DNA from: a virus
IMG/VR virus record: IMGVR_UViG_3300043788_000040
Location: 106,564-170,563 of that record
DNA: 64,000 nt
Reading direction: 5' to 3' (one strand)
Below, piece after piece: positions 1-9,925 of the stretch (position 1 is its first letter; each line of letters starts with the position of its first letter). The position numbers and the translations under genes were made by a program. Below the pieces are notes generated by a model, which worked only from the letters and a program-made list of their open reading frames with translations, made no database searches and was not told the DNA's origin.

Positions 1-729
1 CGCGGTTCGTGTAGCCGCAAGCGTTGCCCGAAGAGAGTCCTCGGGTAGGTGGCTTATGATCGGGTTCACGAGCCAGCGAAAGAGGAAAGGCACGTCACGG
101 CTCAGCCCCACCGCTTCCAGTTCAATGTAAACCCCGCCGTCCGCTTCCTCAAAACTGGTGATGGTGTAAAGCCTCCAGACGTAACCCGGTCCTTGGTCAG
201 GCGGGTCAAGTTGTTCGTCCGTCGTACCGAAGTTTTCCACCGCTTGCAGCTTGGTGCTCTGACTGATGCTATACCAGTGGGTGGGGTCTATTTGGAGGTA
301 CAGGGTTTCGTACTCCCCGTCTATCGCTGCCGTGGTGAAAGCCGTGTGTGTGACGGTGAGGATGGAGTAGTGGTCAATCATCCCCGTGGAGGCGAGTTCC
401 TTGCCCCGGACGATGGACGGATTGAAGAAGCCCCCACGTGCGGTGGCTAAAGCCTCGGTCATGGTGACACCGGGGATGAACACGACACCCGCCCAGTCGT
501 GGATCAAGCCGTGAGGTACTTTGATGGGGTTCACCTCGGCGACGGGCCAGACGATGATCTGTCCGCTTTGCGCTTCGTTACGCTGCATCGGGGAGAGCTT
601 GAGGGGTTGGTTGTGCTTGGCGACGATGTAAGCTGTCCAAGCTGCGAGAGTTTCGGGTTTCAGTTCCCCTGCGGAGACGTTCGGCACGAAAACAAGAACC
701 AGCAGGAGAGGCAAAAATCTACGAAACAT
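1..729 (-). CDS. Secreted hypothetical protein resembling an Acidobacteriota family (runs off the left edge)
   Basis: Absent from the ORF track; read manually: MFRRFLPLLLVLVFVPNVSAGELKPETLAAW...GLIHDWAGVVFIPG...GYVWRLYTITSFEEADGGVYIELEAVGLSRDVPFLFRWLVNP. It has a signal peptide and stays open to position 1. The + ORFs here are its shadows. Confidence 0.75.
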   Translation of the reverse strand, partial: MFRRFLPLLLVLVFVPNVSAGELKPETLAAWTAYIVAKHNQPLKLSPMQRNEAQSGQIIVWPVAEVNPIKVPHGLIHDWAGVVFIPGVTMTEALATARGGFFNPSIVRGKELASTGMIDHYSILTVTHTAFTTAAIDGEYETLYLQIDPTHWYSISQSTKLQAVENFGTTDEQLDPPDQGPGYVWRLYTITSFEEADGGVYIELEAVGLSRDVPFLFRWLVNPIISHLPEDSLRATLAATRTA

Positions 730-735
730 AGAGGC

Positions 736-915
736 CTACCTTTCTGTGAGGTGCAGGGCTTTCTCACGGAAAAACCGCTCCAAGTTCTCATCCATCTCCA
801 CGTTCCCATCCGCCTCCCTCACAAGGTCATTGAACGCCCGCAGGGAAATGTGCCTCTCAACAAGCAAATAGAGAAGCTGGATCAGGCGGTCGTTTACCTT
901 GCGTGGAGTTGCCAT
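736..915 (-). CDS. Hypothetical protein (59 aa)
   Basis: Manual read MATPRKVNDRLIQLLYLLVERH...TER*, directly upstream of the 729 gene on the same strand. Confidence 0.55.
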   Translation of the reverse strand: MATPRKVNDRLIQLLYLLVERHISLRAFNDLVREADGNVEMDENLERFFREKALHLTER

Positions 916-993
916 CCCTTCATGATACTGCCCTTACAAGGGTAAATCAACCCCGAAAAAGGTAATTTTTCCCTGTATCGGGTATCTATATCC

Positions 994-2304
994 ATGATCC
1001 TAGAGTACGGAGATGTGTCCAAGCTTCAGGGAACGAATTGGTTCATGATGGAATTGAGGTCTGAGAAGACCATCGAATCCACCATGCGCCGTGTCGGCAA
1101 GCAGCTTTCCGGCATCTTCCGCCACGACCCCATAGAAATTTTCATCCCAGTCGTCAAGCGCGATCTGGACGTGTTTGAACTCAGCACCGGGCCTTACGTG
1201 TTCGTCCGCAGCACCAGCTTCAACGCCCTGCTTCGGCTCAAGAGCATCACGGGAGTTGTCAGCTTGGTCACCGAGGGTGATACCAACCGCCCGAACAAGG
1301 CGATCTCAGTTGAAGACACTTACGTCCAAGGTTTGATCAAGCAGGCTGAGGAAGAGCACCGCAAGCGCGCCATCGGCATTGAAGTGGGGAGCTTTGTCCG
1401 CATCCTGAACGGCGAGACCCGTGACTTCTGCGGTGAAGTTGAGATCATCGGCGACGGCAAGGCAGTGATCCGTGTCACGCTCCGCACCAAGTCCATCCTG
1501 CTAGAAACCCCGGTACGAAACCTTTTGAACCTCTCCCATGTCCCCAAAGAACAGCGTGTCTATTACTACAGCCCGCTCGTAGAGGAACTGTTCAAGGACA
1601 ACCCAACCGCCGCGACCGCGATGGTGGAGGAAGACCTGCACTTGGACGAGGCGACTCCGATGCCGGAGCAGGTTGAAGTGCAGCCGACCGAGGAGCCGAA
1701 GAAGCACTCACGCCAACGCACCGTTACCGCACTGGTCAAGAAGCTCGTCCTAATTGAAGGACTGCACACGCCTCTGGAGATCGCCAAGGCGGTCGTCCAC
1801 GCTCTGCGCACCAAAGAGATCAGGGCACCGAAGAATCTGTTCATCGTGTACTGCATCATCAAGGACAGACTCCGGCAGGACTACTTCGCCAAGATTGATC
1901 CGAGCCTCTCCAACTACCGTGAGATCATCAAGAAGTACGGCAAGGACTACAAGTTCAGCGCCCAGCAGATCGCCAAGATAGACCCCGACCTCGGCGTCCC
2001 CGTGCAGACCGTAGACGTATGCAAGGACGGTCGCAGCCGGGAGGCTCGTCAGAAGTCCAAGACAAAGATTCAGCCAGCGTCGGAGGTCAAGAAGCTAGCG
2101 GCGAAGAGCAAGCAGGACAAGGACAAAAAGAAGAAGGGTCCGACCGACAAGTGCGGCGAATGCTTCCACGAACGCAAAGCGCACAAGCTGTCCCCGAAAG
2201 GCGCATGGATGCGCTGCACCGGAGTATCAAACCATGATATTCACCCTTGGGTCAAGGAACGTGGCCCCTGCTGGTGCAAGAGGTTTAAGGAGAAGGAGAA
2301 ATAG
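994..2304 (+). CDS. nusG: NusG-family transcription factor (NGN+KOW) with ~250 aa extension and C-terminal Cys/His cluster
   Basis: NGN-like WFMM...EIFIP...PYVFV...ITGVVSLV; KOW-like IEVGSFVRILNGETRDFCGEV; C-terminal CGECFH...H...C...CWC. Confidence 0.75.
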   Translation: MILEYGDVSKLQGTNWFMMELRSEKTIESTMRRVGKQLSGIFRHDPIEIFIPVVKRDLDVFELSTGPYVFVRSTSFNALLRLKSITGVVSLVTEGDTNRPNKAISVEDTYVQGLIKQAEEEHRKRAIGIEVGSFVRILNGETRDFCGEVEIIGDGKAVIRVTLRTKSILLETPVRNLLNLSHVPKEQRVYYYSPLVEELFKDNPTAATAMVEEDLHLDEATPMPEQVEVQPTEEPKKHSRQRTVTALVKKLVLIEGLHTPLEIAKAVVHALRTKEIRAPKNLFIVYCIIKDRLRQDYFAKIDPSLSNYREIIKKYGKDYKFSAQQIAKIDPDLGVPVQTVDVCKDGRSREARQKSKTKIQPASEVKKLAAKSKQDKDKKKKGPTDKCGECFHERKAHKLSPKGAWMRCTGVSNHDIHPWVKERGPCWCKRFKEKEK

Positions 2305-2334
2305 GGCTTTTAAGGCTTTATTAGAGGTACATTT

Positions 2335-3126
2335 ATGCCATCAATCGCACCCATAACCGGGGGAGAGTTGGGGAAGATTCGGTCTTTCCTGATTGACCAC
2401 GAGAAACTACTCATCGTTGTCATCGCCGCTGTTCTAATCTTCGCCGGGTACGTCAAGGTCACCAACATCATCGCCGCACACGACGAGGCGCAGCTTAAAC
2501 AGGCGCAGATCGTGGCAAACGCTCAGCAAGCCGCCAACGTGCAGCTTGCGCAGCAGGCAGCACAGAACGCACAACAGATCGCGCAGGACAAGGCACAGCT
2601 TCAGGCTTTATCCGACAAACTGACCGCCCAGAACCAGCAGCTTGTGAACGCCAACACGGCGCTCGCAACTGCCCTGACAAAGCAGCAGAAGACTGACGCC
2701 TCACTTCCAGTCCCCGCGCTCGTTGACCGCTGGGCGCAACTTGCGCCAGGCACCAACTTCACCGGGGCAATAGGTTCCGGCAACAACGTAGAGGTCACGC
2801 CGTCCAACGCCTTGGCGACCGTGCAGCAGCTTGAGAAGGTTCCCGTCTTGACGCAGCAGCTTGCGAACGAGACGACTGAGAAGATCAACGACGACCAGCT
2901 TATCACGCAGCAGGGGAAGAGCATCTTTGACCTGAACGGCCAAGTGGGCACGCTGAACGCATCCATCGTGGGGCTGAACAAGCAGATCGTGGACAACAAC
3001 GCAGTGTGCCAAGACCAGATCAAGGTGGTCAAGGCCGAGGCGTCCAAGTCCAAGCGACGCTGGTTTATCATCGGCTTCGTGACTGGCTTTATTAGTCGCC
3101 AGTTGTTGATAGGAAAAACTTTGTAA
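2335..3126 (+). CDS. Membrane-anchored coiled-coil protein (possibly spanin-like)
   Basis: N-terminal TM LLIVVIAAVLIFAGYV, Gln/Ala-rich coiled coil, C-terminal hydrophobic RRWFIIGFVTGFIS. Confidence 0.5.
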   Translation: MPSIAPITGGELGKIRSFLIDHEKLLIVVIAAVLIFAGYVKVTNIIAAHDEAQLKQAQIVANAQQAANVQLAQQAAQNAQQIAQDKAQLQALSDKLTAQNQQLVNANTALATALTKQQKTDASLPVPALVDRWAQLAPGTNFTGAIGSGNNVEVTPSNALATVQQLEKVPVLTQQLANETTEKINDDQLITQQGKSIFDLNGQVGTLNASIVGLNKQIVDNNAVCQDQIKVVKAEASKSKRRWFIIGFVTGFISRQLLIGKTL

Positions 3127-3156
3127 GGCAGTATTAAATCGCTGAGGAGCACCAAA

Positions 3157-3480
3157 ATGAAGATAGTGTTTTTGCTGGACAACAACGAGTACGTTGAAGT
3201 TGCACCGGAGAAGTTGCAGATCAGGCAGATCGCGCCAGGTCAGTCCGCTCTCGGTATTGAAGTCACGGTTCCTGTGCGCAAGGAAGACGGCACGCCCGAG
3301 ACGAACGAAGACGGCAGCGCCAAGTTGCAGACCGGGTTCCGCCCGTTCATCAACTACGCGGTGGACCTGACGGTTCCAAAGCCTGCTGAAGCCCCAGCGG
3401 CAACCCCGGTTGCGGAAGAAAAGACCGCCCCGAAAGCTGCAAAGTCCAAGAGCAAGGCTGCAAAGCGTCGCTCAAATTGA
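3157..3480 (+). CDS. Hypothetical protein with Lys/Ala-rich tail
   Basis: SD GAGGAG upstream; phage-like codon usage. Confidence 0.7.
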   Translation: MKIVFLLDNNEYVEVAPEKLQIRQIAPGQSALGIEVTVPVRKEDGTPETNEDGSAKLQTGFRPFINYAVDLTVPKPAEAPAATPVAEEKTAPKAAKSKSKAAKRRSN

Positions 3481-3491
3481 TCGAGGGCTAA

Positions 3492-3725
3492 GTGGCTGCC
3501 GTATATACACTTGACCCCGAATTAGGATGGGTGCCAGCAATACCGGAACCATTCTGGTACAGGGGTTGGCGCACGCTGTTTCGCTACCGCCCGGCTTGCT
3601 ACCAGTGCAAGAAGGGCAAACAGCCGACGATCTTCAAGACGCGGCATGAGTGGCAGACGCACTACGTGCTGAGCCACCTCCAAGGGGATTGGAAAGATGA
3701 AGGTCACCAAAACTTCCGTTCATAG
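3492..3725 (+). CDS. Small C2H2-like zinc-finger protein
   Basis: CYQC...F.....W..HYVLSH. Confidence 0.5.
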   Translation: MAAVYTLDPELGWVPAIPEPFWYRGWRTLFRYRPACYQCKKGKQPTIFKTRHEWQTHYVLSHLQGDWKDEGHQNFRS

Positions 3726-4311
3726 GCTCACCATTGAAAAAACTTGCGGCTGCCAAGCCACCCGCGAGTACGAGGACGTCCGCTATACCAAGCCTGTTGC
3801 GGAAGGCGTGTTCACCGCGTGCGAGAAGCACGAGAAGAACAAGCTGATTGCCGAGTTCGCCGGGGAGATGCTGATTGAGGCGCTTGACAAGGAAGCCGAG
3901 ACTGCTGGCAAGACCGTAGTCGCCTCCGTCCGAGAGACCGCCACAGCTTTGTCTGGTACCAGCGGCGGAAGCGTCACATCTATGGGCGCACCAAACGTCC
4001 CGAAGAGTCGGGAGAAGGTGGACCCTCTGAAACCCAAGACCGCACACTTTGACCGACCTGACCCACGGCGTCCCAGCAACACATCCCCCACAGGGAACCT
4101 GAACCTTGCCCAGCATGAAGACATCTCCGACGAGGAGTTGCAGGAGCAAGGTATTACCATGACCGGAGACATTGACGGCGTCCCAGTAGACCCGAGGGTT
4201 GACCAAGCACTAGGCGAGGGTCTCCGTGACCTTGAGAACATCTTTGACGATGAAGACGCCAAGGCTGGCGGCGTGTCGCAAAAGCTGATCAACATCCAAG
4301 CTGTAGACTAA
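3697..4311 (+). CDS. Hypothetical protein
   Basis: ORF fits the + strand run; CGC...CEKH motif; acidic C-terminus. Confidence 0.65.
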   Translation: MKVTKTSVHRLTIEKTCGCQATREYEDVRYTKPVAEGVFTACEKHEKNKLIAEFAGEMLIEALDKEAETAGKTVVASVRETATALSGTSGGSVTSMGAPNVPKSREKVDPLKPKTAHFDRPDPRRPSNTSPTGNLNLAQHEDISDEELQEQGITMTGDIDGVPVDPRVDQALGEGLRDLENIFDDEDAKAGGVSQKLINIQAVD

Positions 4312-4440
4312 TTCCCTAAACCTGTTACAATCAAGACATGAACGCACCGAAACCAGACCCGGTTGAGGAGTGCATAGAATACCTGCGCCAACACGGGGAC
4401 TATTTTGGCGTGAGCCTACTCAAGGCATGGCGGGTGGAAC

Positions 4441-4803
4441 GTGGACAAAAAGACGCCGAAGATTCTGAACGCACACGCAAAGAAACGGGCGGAGGAGAGG
4501 TACGGTCTTAACCTCAACAAAGAAGCCCGGCACGAGATCGTGCAAATGATCCAGACGAACCAAGCTGAGTTCGTCGGCAAGCAAAGCAACAACCGCACGC
4601 TCTGGCGTGTCACGTACCAAGATCAGCCCCTCAACGTCGTCTACGACAAAGCACGGAGCACCATGTGTACCGTGCTTCCGAAAGAGGCGCACGAGTTTCA
4701 AGAAGGCGGATGGGTAGAGCCGGAACACGAACATTCCACTTCTGCGCAGAGCCGTGCCGACATCACAGCGGAATTGAAAGAACTTTGGAAGGATACCGAA
4801 TGA
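4441..4803 (+). CDS. Hypothetical protein with HAxxRxxERY motif (RelE/DUF4258-like small fold)
   Basis: NAHAKKRAEERYG...VVYDK...TVLP. Confidence 0.5.
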   Translation: MDKKTPKILNAHAKKRAEERYGLNLNKEARHEIVQMIQTNQAEFVGKQSNNRTLWRVTYQDQPLNVVYDKARSTMCTVLPKEAHEFQEGGWVEPEHEHSTSAQSRADITAELKELWKDTE

Positions 4804-5234
4804 ATTTCCTCTACTATTTTGCGGCGGCAATCCTCGGGCACTTCGTGGGTGATTACATCTTCCAGAACCAGTGGATGGCTATTGGTAAGTCACAACCCGG
4901 AAGGCTGGGGCACGTCGCTTGCACCGTCCACGTCCTGCTTTACACGTTCGCCGTGGCGCTGCTCACGGGTTGGCACCCGCTGTTCCTGCTCGTGGTTGCG
5001 GTGCCGCACTGGATCATTGACCGCTGGAGCCTTGCGACCTATATTCTGTGGCTCAAGAACGGCTACTCCCCTTGGACGGCGTGGGATAAGACCCAGCCGA
5101 CCGATGTAGCGGAGGAAAGACTGGTCAAGAACGTGTGGAAGGTTTCATTCGCCGCCCCGGTTTACATCTTCAACGACAACACCCTGCATTGGGTGTGCCT
5201 GTGGTTCACCTGCAAGTACTTCTTTCACGGTTAG
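4800..5234 (+). CDS. DUF3307-like membrane protein
   Basis: GHFVGDYIFQNQWMA..K, H..LY, HWIID, DNTLH; ATG at 4800 overlaps the previous stop. Confidence 0.75.
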   Translation: MNFLYYFAAAILGHFVGDYIFQNQWMAIGKSQPGRLGHVACTVHVLLYTFAVALLTGWHPLFLLVVAVPHWIIDRWSLATYILWLKNGYSPWTAWDKTQPTDVAEERLVKNVWKVSFAAPVYIFNDNTLHWVCLWFTCKYFFHG

Positions 5235-5758
5235 TGTCGGGTGCGAATCGGTTCGTACTGTGTCGCTGGTTGCATACCTTCCGGCGCATCAAAGGGTTCG
5301 TGAATCTCGCCGTTGGACTCAGCTTCCAAGCGGTCTAGCGCCTCACGGCGCATCTGATCGTTGTGGGTGTCTGAGGAATCCAGTCGGGTGCTGAACAGTG
5401 CCGCCACTGTCAGAAGGATAAAGACCAAGAGCAGTTTGCCGACGTTGTTCCACACGAATCGCAGTGCGCTGTCAACTGAGGACGACCCGGTCGTGCTTGG
5501 GGCAATCAAGGCGTCGTCGCCGTTGGAGTAGCCGTTGGCTTGCACGATATGCTGTGCTAGATACCAATCCGCATCCCGTTGCACGGTGACATCGTTCGGA
5601 GTCCAAGTCACGACTCTATTGACGCTTGGCTTCGTCACAGCAGACATGATTCCGGGCGTAGGAATAAACCCGTGGTCAATGCCAGCCTTGAGTCCGATCA
5701 CGGTCAGCATCATCAGGATGAAAGCGAAAACCATCTTGGGGAAAGGTTTCATGTTCAC
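5231..5758 (-). CDS. Two-TM membrane protein
   Basis: Two hydrophobic segments; coupled to the upstream gene. Confidence 0.6.
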   Translation of the reverse strand: MNMKPFPKMVFAFILMMLTVIGLKAGIDHGFIPTPGIMSAVTKPSVNRVVTWTPNDVTVQRDADWYLAQHIVQANGYSNGDDALIAPSTTGSSSVDSALRFVWNNVGKLLLVFILLTVAALFSTRLDSSDTHNDQMRREALDRLEAESNGEIHEPFDAPEGMQPATQYEPIRTRH

Positions 5759-6126
5759 AGGATTGGCTCCTCTTCTTCCGGCTCCGGTTCGTCGTCGGGT
5801 TCTGGCTCTTCGTCGTATTCCTCGTCAAATTCGTCTTCCGAGACGTAGTGTCCTTCAACGGTGCAGACTTCACGCCCCTCAAAGCGGCTGAGAATGTCCA
5901 GCAGGATTGCTGTGCGCCCAGAGTTGCTGACTACCCAATGGTAGACCAGTTGGGCGAACACCAAGGCTAGAATGAAATCAACGGCAGTGGCGTACTCTAC
6001 GTGTCGGGCGTCAATGCCGACCAGCCGGGGAATGAGGCTCTCGGCGACGGCAAGACCGCAGCCTACCAGCCAAACAATGAACAGTCTCGGGTACTGCTGA
6101 ACATTCATTCTGAATCGTGTGAACAT
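5755..6126 (-). CDS. Membrane protein with acidic tail
   Basis: Two TM segments; EDEFDEEYDEEPEPDDEPEPEEEE tail. Confidence 0.6.
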   Translation of the reverse strand: MFTRFRMNVQQYPRLFIVWLVGCGLAVAESLIPRLVGIDARHVEYATAVDFILALVFAQLVYHWVVSNSGRTAILLDILSRFEGREVCTVEGHYVSEDEFDEEYDEEPEPDDEPEPEEEEPIL

Positions 6127-6851
6127 TATCGGCTCTCCCTTTCAATTTGAACTCGGAATTTGTTGTAGGCGACGCTGAACGCTTGCTTCTCGTCTAGTTC
6201 GCCGTCTTGGTAGTAGTTCTCGGGGGCTTCGGACTTGTACGTGATAATGCGTGCCCGAATCATAGCATCAACCTCGCTGGTGTTGTCCGTGATCGGGGCG
6301 GGGGCTGCGCTGCCGCTTGCTTGCACCGCTGGTTTCGGCTGGCGTGCGGAGCCGTCAAAGTTCAGGTTGTGCGAGGCGGCTGCGCCAGAAGCGATCACAG
6401 TCACGACGGCTGCTGCCAAACCCATCATCTGGATACAATCAGGTCCAAAGCCGGATGCGATAGACTCAGGCACGGTCAGCTTTTTACCGCAGCGACCGCA
6501 CTTGCCTTCGTGCCAGACTTCAAAGCCGCACATGGTGTCCGCTTGGAGCGATTCAAAAACAAATTGGAAGCCGACGAGGGACGGCGCATCTTGGGCGACC
6601 TTGGACTTTCCAGTCCAACGAAATTGGTTGTTCTTGATCATGCCGATGTACTTGTAGTTCGCCCAATTGTCGGGTCCCATCAGGAGACTCACGAACCAAG
6701 TGTCGGTGTCGTTCGGGTTGCGCTTGTCGGCTTGCTCAATTTTGTAGGTATAGCGGTTACCGCTCTTGAGGCTCACGAGGGTGACGAATGCTTTGCCGCC
6801 AAGAATGAAGGTCAAGGCTGCCTTTGGGTCGGTGATTTGTCCCTGCGTCAT
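6126..6851 (-). CDS. DUF6011-like zinc-finger protein
   Basis: GKCGRCGKKLTVPESIASGFGPDC; start at MTQGQ after SD GGAGGG and a TATACT promoter. Confidence 0.7.
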   Translation of the reverse strand: MTQGQITDPKAALTFILGGKAFVTLVSLKSGNRYTYKIEQADKRNPNDTDTWFVSLLMGPDNWANYKYIGMIKNNQFRWTGKSKVAQDAPSLVGFQFVFESLQADTMCGFEVWHEGKCGRCGKKLTVPESIASGFGPDCIQMMGLAAAVVTVIASGAAASHNLNFDGSARQPKPAVQASGSAAPAPITDNTSEVDAMIRARIITYKSEAPENYYQDGELDEKQAFSVAYNKFRVQIERESR

Positions 6852-6867
6852 TGTTTCCCTCCACATG

Positions 6868-6898
6868 AAGTATACAGCGGGGCACTCGGAAACGTCCA
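6868..6898 (-). promoter_or_regulatory. Sigma70-like promoter TGGACG-N18-TATACT
   Basis: Same GCTGTATACT core as at 18407, ~24758, 31133 and ~34886. Confidence 0.6.
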
Positions 6899-6964
6899 TT
6901 TTCATGTCTTTTATTTTCAACAGTTTGCAACTAAAAACGTCACCGGGGCGCTGAAGTGCATCTT

Positions 6965-7678
6965 ATGGGTATGAGAACGTTCGCAGCGCTTATGCTTCTT
7001 CTGTGCTTCCCCGCCGTTGTGACGGCTCGGAAACACCAGAAGCGCAAGCCCGTGATAGTGGACAACCGCTTATTCGTGGGCACGTCCGAGAGCTTGATCT
7101 CGCAGAACGAGGCGATAGATGCGATGGGTCTCCCCCGCATCCGTGATGATAAGCAGCTTCGGTCGCTGATCGGTGAAGAAGCACTCGTGCCTGTGACCTT
7201 GAACCAGTACGTCATAATCTCCCCTAAACTGGAAGTGAAGCGCCGCTACGTCAATCCACTCGTCAATGAGTTCCTTCAGGAACTCGGGCAAGAATACTAT
7301 GCACAGTTCGGTAAGCCGATCCAAGTCAATTCCGCTGTCCGTACTGTGCGAACACAGCTAAGTCTCCTGCGCTGGAACCGCAATGCGGCTCCCATTCACG
7401 GAGAAAAAGCAAGCGCACACCTCGCAGGCGTCGCAGTGGACTTGCAGCGCCGAGGTTTGACGACGGAACAGATCAGGTTCCTTCAGCAAAAGCTCTTGCC
7501 TTTCGCAAGGGCGGACATGATAATCGTTGAGGAAGAAATAAAGGAACCGTGCTTTCATATCGTGGTGACAGGGAACTATCCGAACCCGCTGCCTCCCGAT
7601 TTGCCGACCGCATTGCCGTTTATTGACCCGCTGCTCTTGCAGCAAACCCAACCGGAGGCACCGAATGAACTTCACTAA
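6965..7678 (+). CDS. DUF5715-like secreted protein (possibly peptidase M15-type fold)
   Basis: Signal peptide; PIQVNSAVRTV..Q...NRNAAP..G...SAHLAGVAVDL...EEEIKEPCFHIVV. Confidence 0.7.
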   Translation: MGMRTFAALMLLLCFPAVVTARKHQKRKPVIVDNRLFVGTSESLISQNEAIDAMGLPRIRDDKQLRSLIGEEALVPVTLNQYVIISPKLEVKRRYVNPLVNEFLQELGQEYYAQFGKPIQVNSAVRTVRTQLSLLRWNRNAAPIHGEKASAHLAGVAVDLQRRGLTTEQIRFLQQKLLPFARADMIIVEEEIKEPCFHIVVTGNYPNPLPPDLPTALPFIDPLLLQQTQPEAPNELH

Positions 7679-8141
7679 AATTCCGACGAACCACGTCTGG
7701 ACGGGAGAACAGATTCAGGAACTCCTAGACACACAGGTCAAGTACAAAGACTGGGTCTTCGTCGTGCAGGAAGAAAAAGTCGCCGAGACGATTGAGTTGC
7801 TGGGGTCGGGCGTCACCATCGCTGGCGACATTGACATCCACATCCGTGCCGAGTGGTTTGCCCCGGATAATGTCACCGGAGAGATGGGAAAGCAGACGTC
7901 ACGCTGGTGGAGGGTGTCAAAGCATTCCCGCAAGAATGAGATCATCGCCGCAGCCTTTGCGTGCATCCAAAGAGCAGAGGAGCACGAGATGCGTGAGTGC
8001 TTCAAGTACCTGTTTAAGGGCCAGTGGACGATGCCGTACAACACCCACACCGACGTGGACGAGCTTGCCGACGCTTCGCTGCACTTGGACGTTCGCACCG
8101 ACACTCGCCCGGAAGCGCCGAAGAACCAGAGGAGAGATTGA
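7665..8141 (+). CDS. Phage hypothetical protein
   Basis: SD GGAGG; RWWRVSKH...EEHEMRECFKY. Confidence 0.65.
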   Translation: MNFTKIPTNHVWTGEQIQELLDTQVKYKDWVFVVQEEKVAETIELLGSGVTIAGDIDIHIRAEWFAPDNVTGEMGKQTSRWWRVSKHSRKNEIIAAAFACIQRAEEHEMRECFKYLFKGQWTMPYNTHTDVDELADASLHLDVRTDTRPEAPKNQRRD

Positions 8142-9904
8142 TGTTCACCCACGGGGAACAACTGGCGCATGGCGAGAAGCTTGTCGCTGTGGCTGGGAAA
8201 TGGGCGGAAGAAAAGGGCTTCGGTTCAACGAAGACTGTTTACGCCAAAACCTTCGCAGCGGCGCTCTCTGCTGTACAGGACATGGGGCCGAGCATGCTCA
8301 CCTTTGACGAGATGAGAGAGCTTACCGAAGTCCTTGCAAAGGTGGAGTGATGGAAGACGGACACAGTTGCCAGACGATTTTGGCACGCAGGATGGCGGAA
8401 CAATTCTACGACATCCCCATCGCTGTAACCGTGTTTGGCGACAAAGTTTACGGGGCGTATATCGGCAACTGGAGGCCCTATGAGTTGACCGCCTATACGC
8501 CGATGATTGCGACGCTGGCAATTGAGATGGGGCTGTTTAGCAACTCGCAGCCCGGCGAGATTGACGGCAAAGAAGTGACATGGTGGAGGAACCGACGTGC
8601 CTAATTGCCCAGTAAAGACGTTAGCTGAACGGATGGATGATGAGCACAACCCCAGCACTCGCTGGGAGTTCATCGTAGGCAAGGCGCTGAAGGATTGGGC
8701 GACGGCTCTGATGCAGTTCGGCATGACCCGAGACGAGGCACGAGTGCATGTGCTCTCCGAGATCAAGCGTGAAACAGAGCGTATCAAGTTTGATTACGAG
8801 GAAAAGAAGAAGGGAGGATTAGTAAAATGAACGGCTTCAAAATTGAACTCAACGAGTTCGTGGCGAGCGCCTTGCTTATCACCATCGCGGCGGTTACCGT
8901 GGGCTACTGGCAGACGCACCGACCCGCAGAGGTCATCAAGGAGGCGACGGTCAAGGTGGAGACGCAGTACATCCCCGCCCCAGCGGCGAAGGTCAATGTC
9001 CGCGTGATCTACCCGAAACTGAAGCCTCAGACGGACATGTTCATTCAGCCGACCCCGCAGGATCAGTTGAACCTGCCGCCGACGCAACCATTGCCGCAGG
9101 CGCAGCCAAGGGTTTGGAACAACGACAACATGCTTCGCGCCTCCGATCCGCCGACGTTTGAACATCGGACGCCGAAGATTACGGCATCGCTCAGGGACAG
9201 TCAGTGAAGCCGGAAACCCACATCACGACCGTCTCGTCGCCCCACTGGGGGCCGGGCGACGATTACGAGGTGGTTGAGGTGCAAGTATTTGACCTCCCGG
9301 CGCGGACCCCCGTTCGCATAACCGTGGTACCTCTCTCGCAGGAGGAGTATAATTCGTACCTTGAGGGGAAGACGGACGCAGCGGGCAATGAGATCAAGAA
9401 GGCGAGTCGTGGAAGAAAAAGAGCTAAAAGCTAAGCTGAAGGAACTTGACGACAAACTTGCCGTGCTGTCGGGCGAGATTGAAGACATGCAGTACGAAGC
9501 CGAGGCGCTGCTGAAGAAGCGTCGGGCGTTCGCACGCCGGAACTGCAAGCACCAACGCACCCGCCAACGCAGCGTGATGGGCAAAGAGATCGTCACCTAC
9601 TGCGACATCTGCGACGAAGAACTATAAAGCCCCTACAATCCCCTAATCTTTTTGCCTTCCCGCATCCTTTGGTAGGGGGAAGCGCATGAACCGCATCACC
9701 CACTTCATAAACTCGGAGTGCGAAATCTACATCACCCGAGTCGCCGAAAACGGCGTGAGAATCCGCATAGCAGAGAAAGACACCAGCCTGCCCGACCCCA
9801 CCGACTTTGAAATAGAGGGAAATCCTGCATATATCGCTGAAGCGTTCGCATCGCTCGCGTCAGTTTTGAGAAGCCTTGACCAGATACTCAAGGAACCTTC
9901 GTGA
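8141..9904 (+). other. Run of small coupled hypothetical CDSs (8141-8350, 8347-8604, 8597-8830, 8827-9207, 9204-9434, 9409-9627, 9686-9904)
   Basis: Overlapping start/stop codons typical of phage accessory operons. Confidence 0.6.
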
Positions 9905-9925
9905 TCTCAGTTCAGGAGATGTCCT

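Noticed and set aside
49-945. + strand ORFs 49-450 and 499-945
   Set aside because: Shadows of the minus-strand genes 1-729 and 736-915
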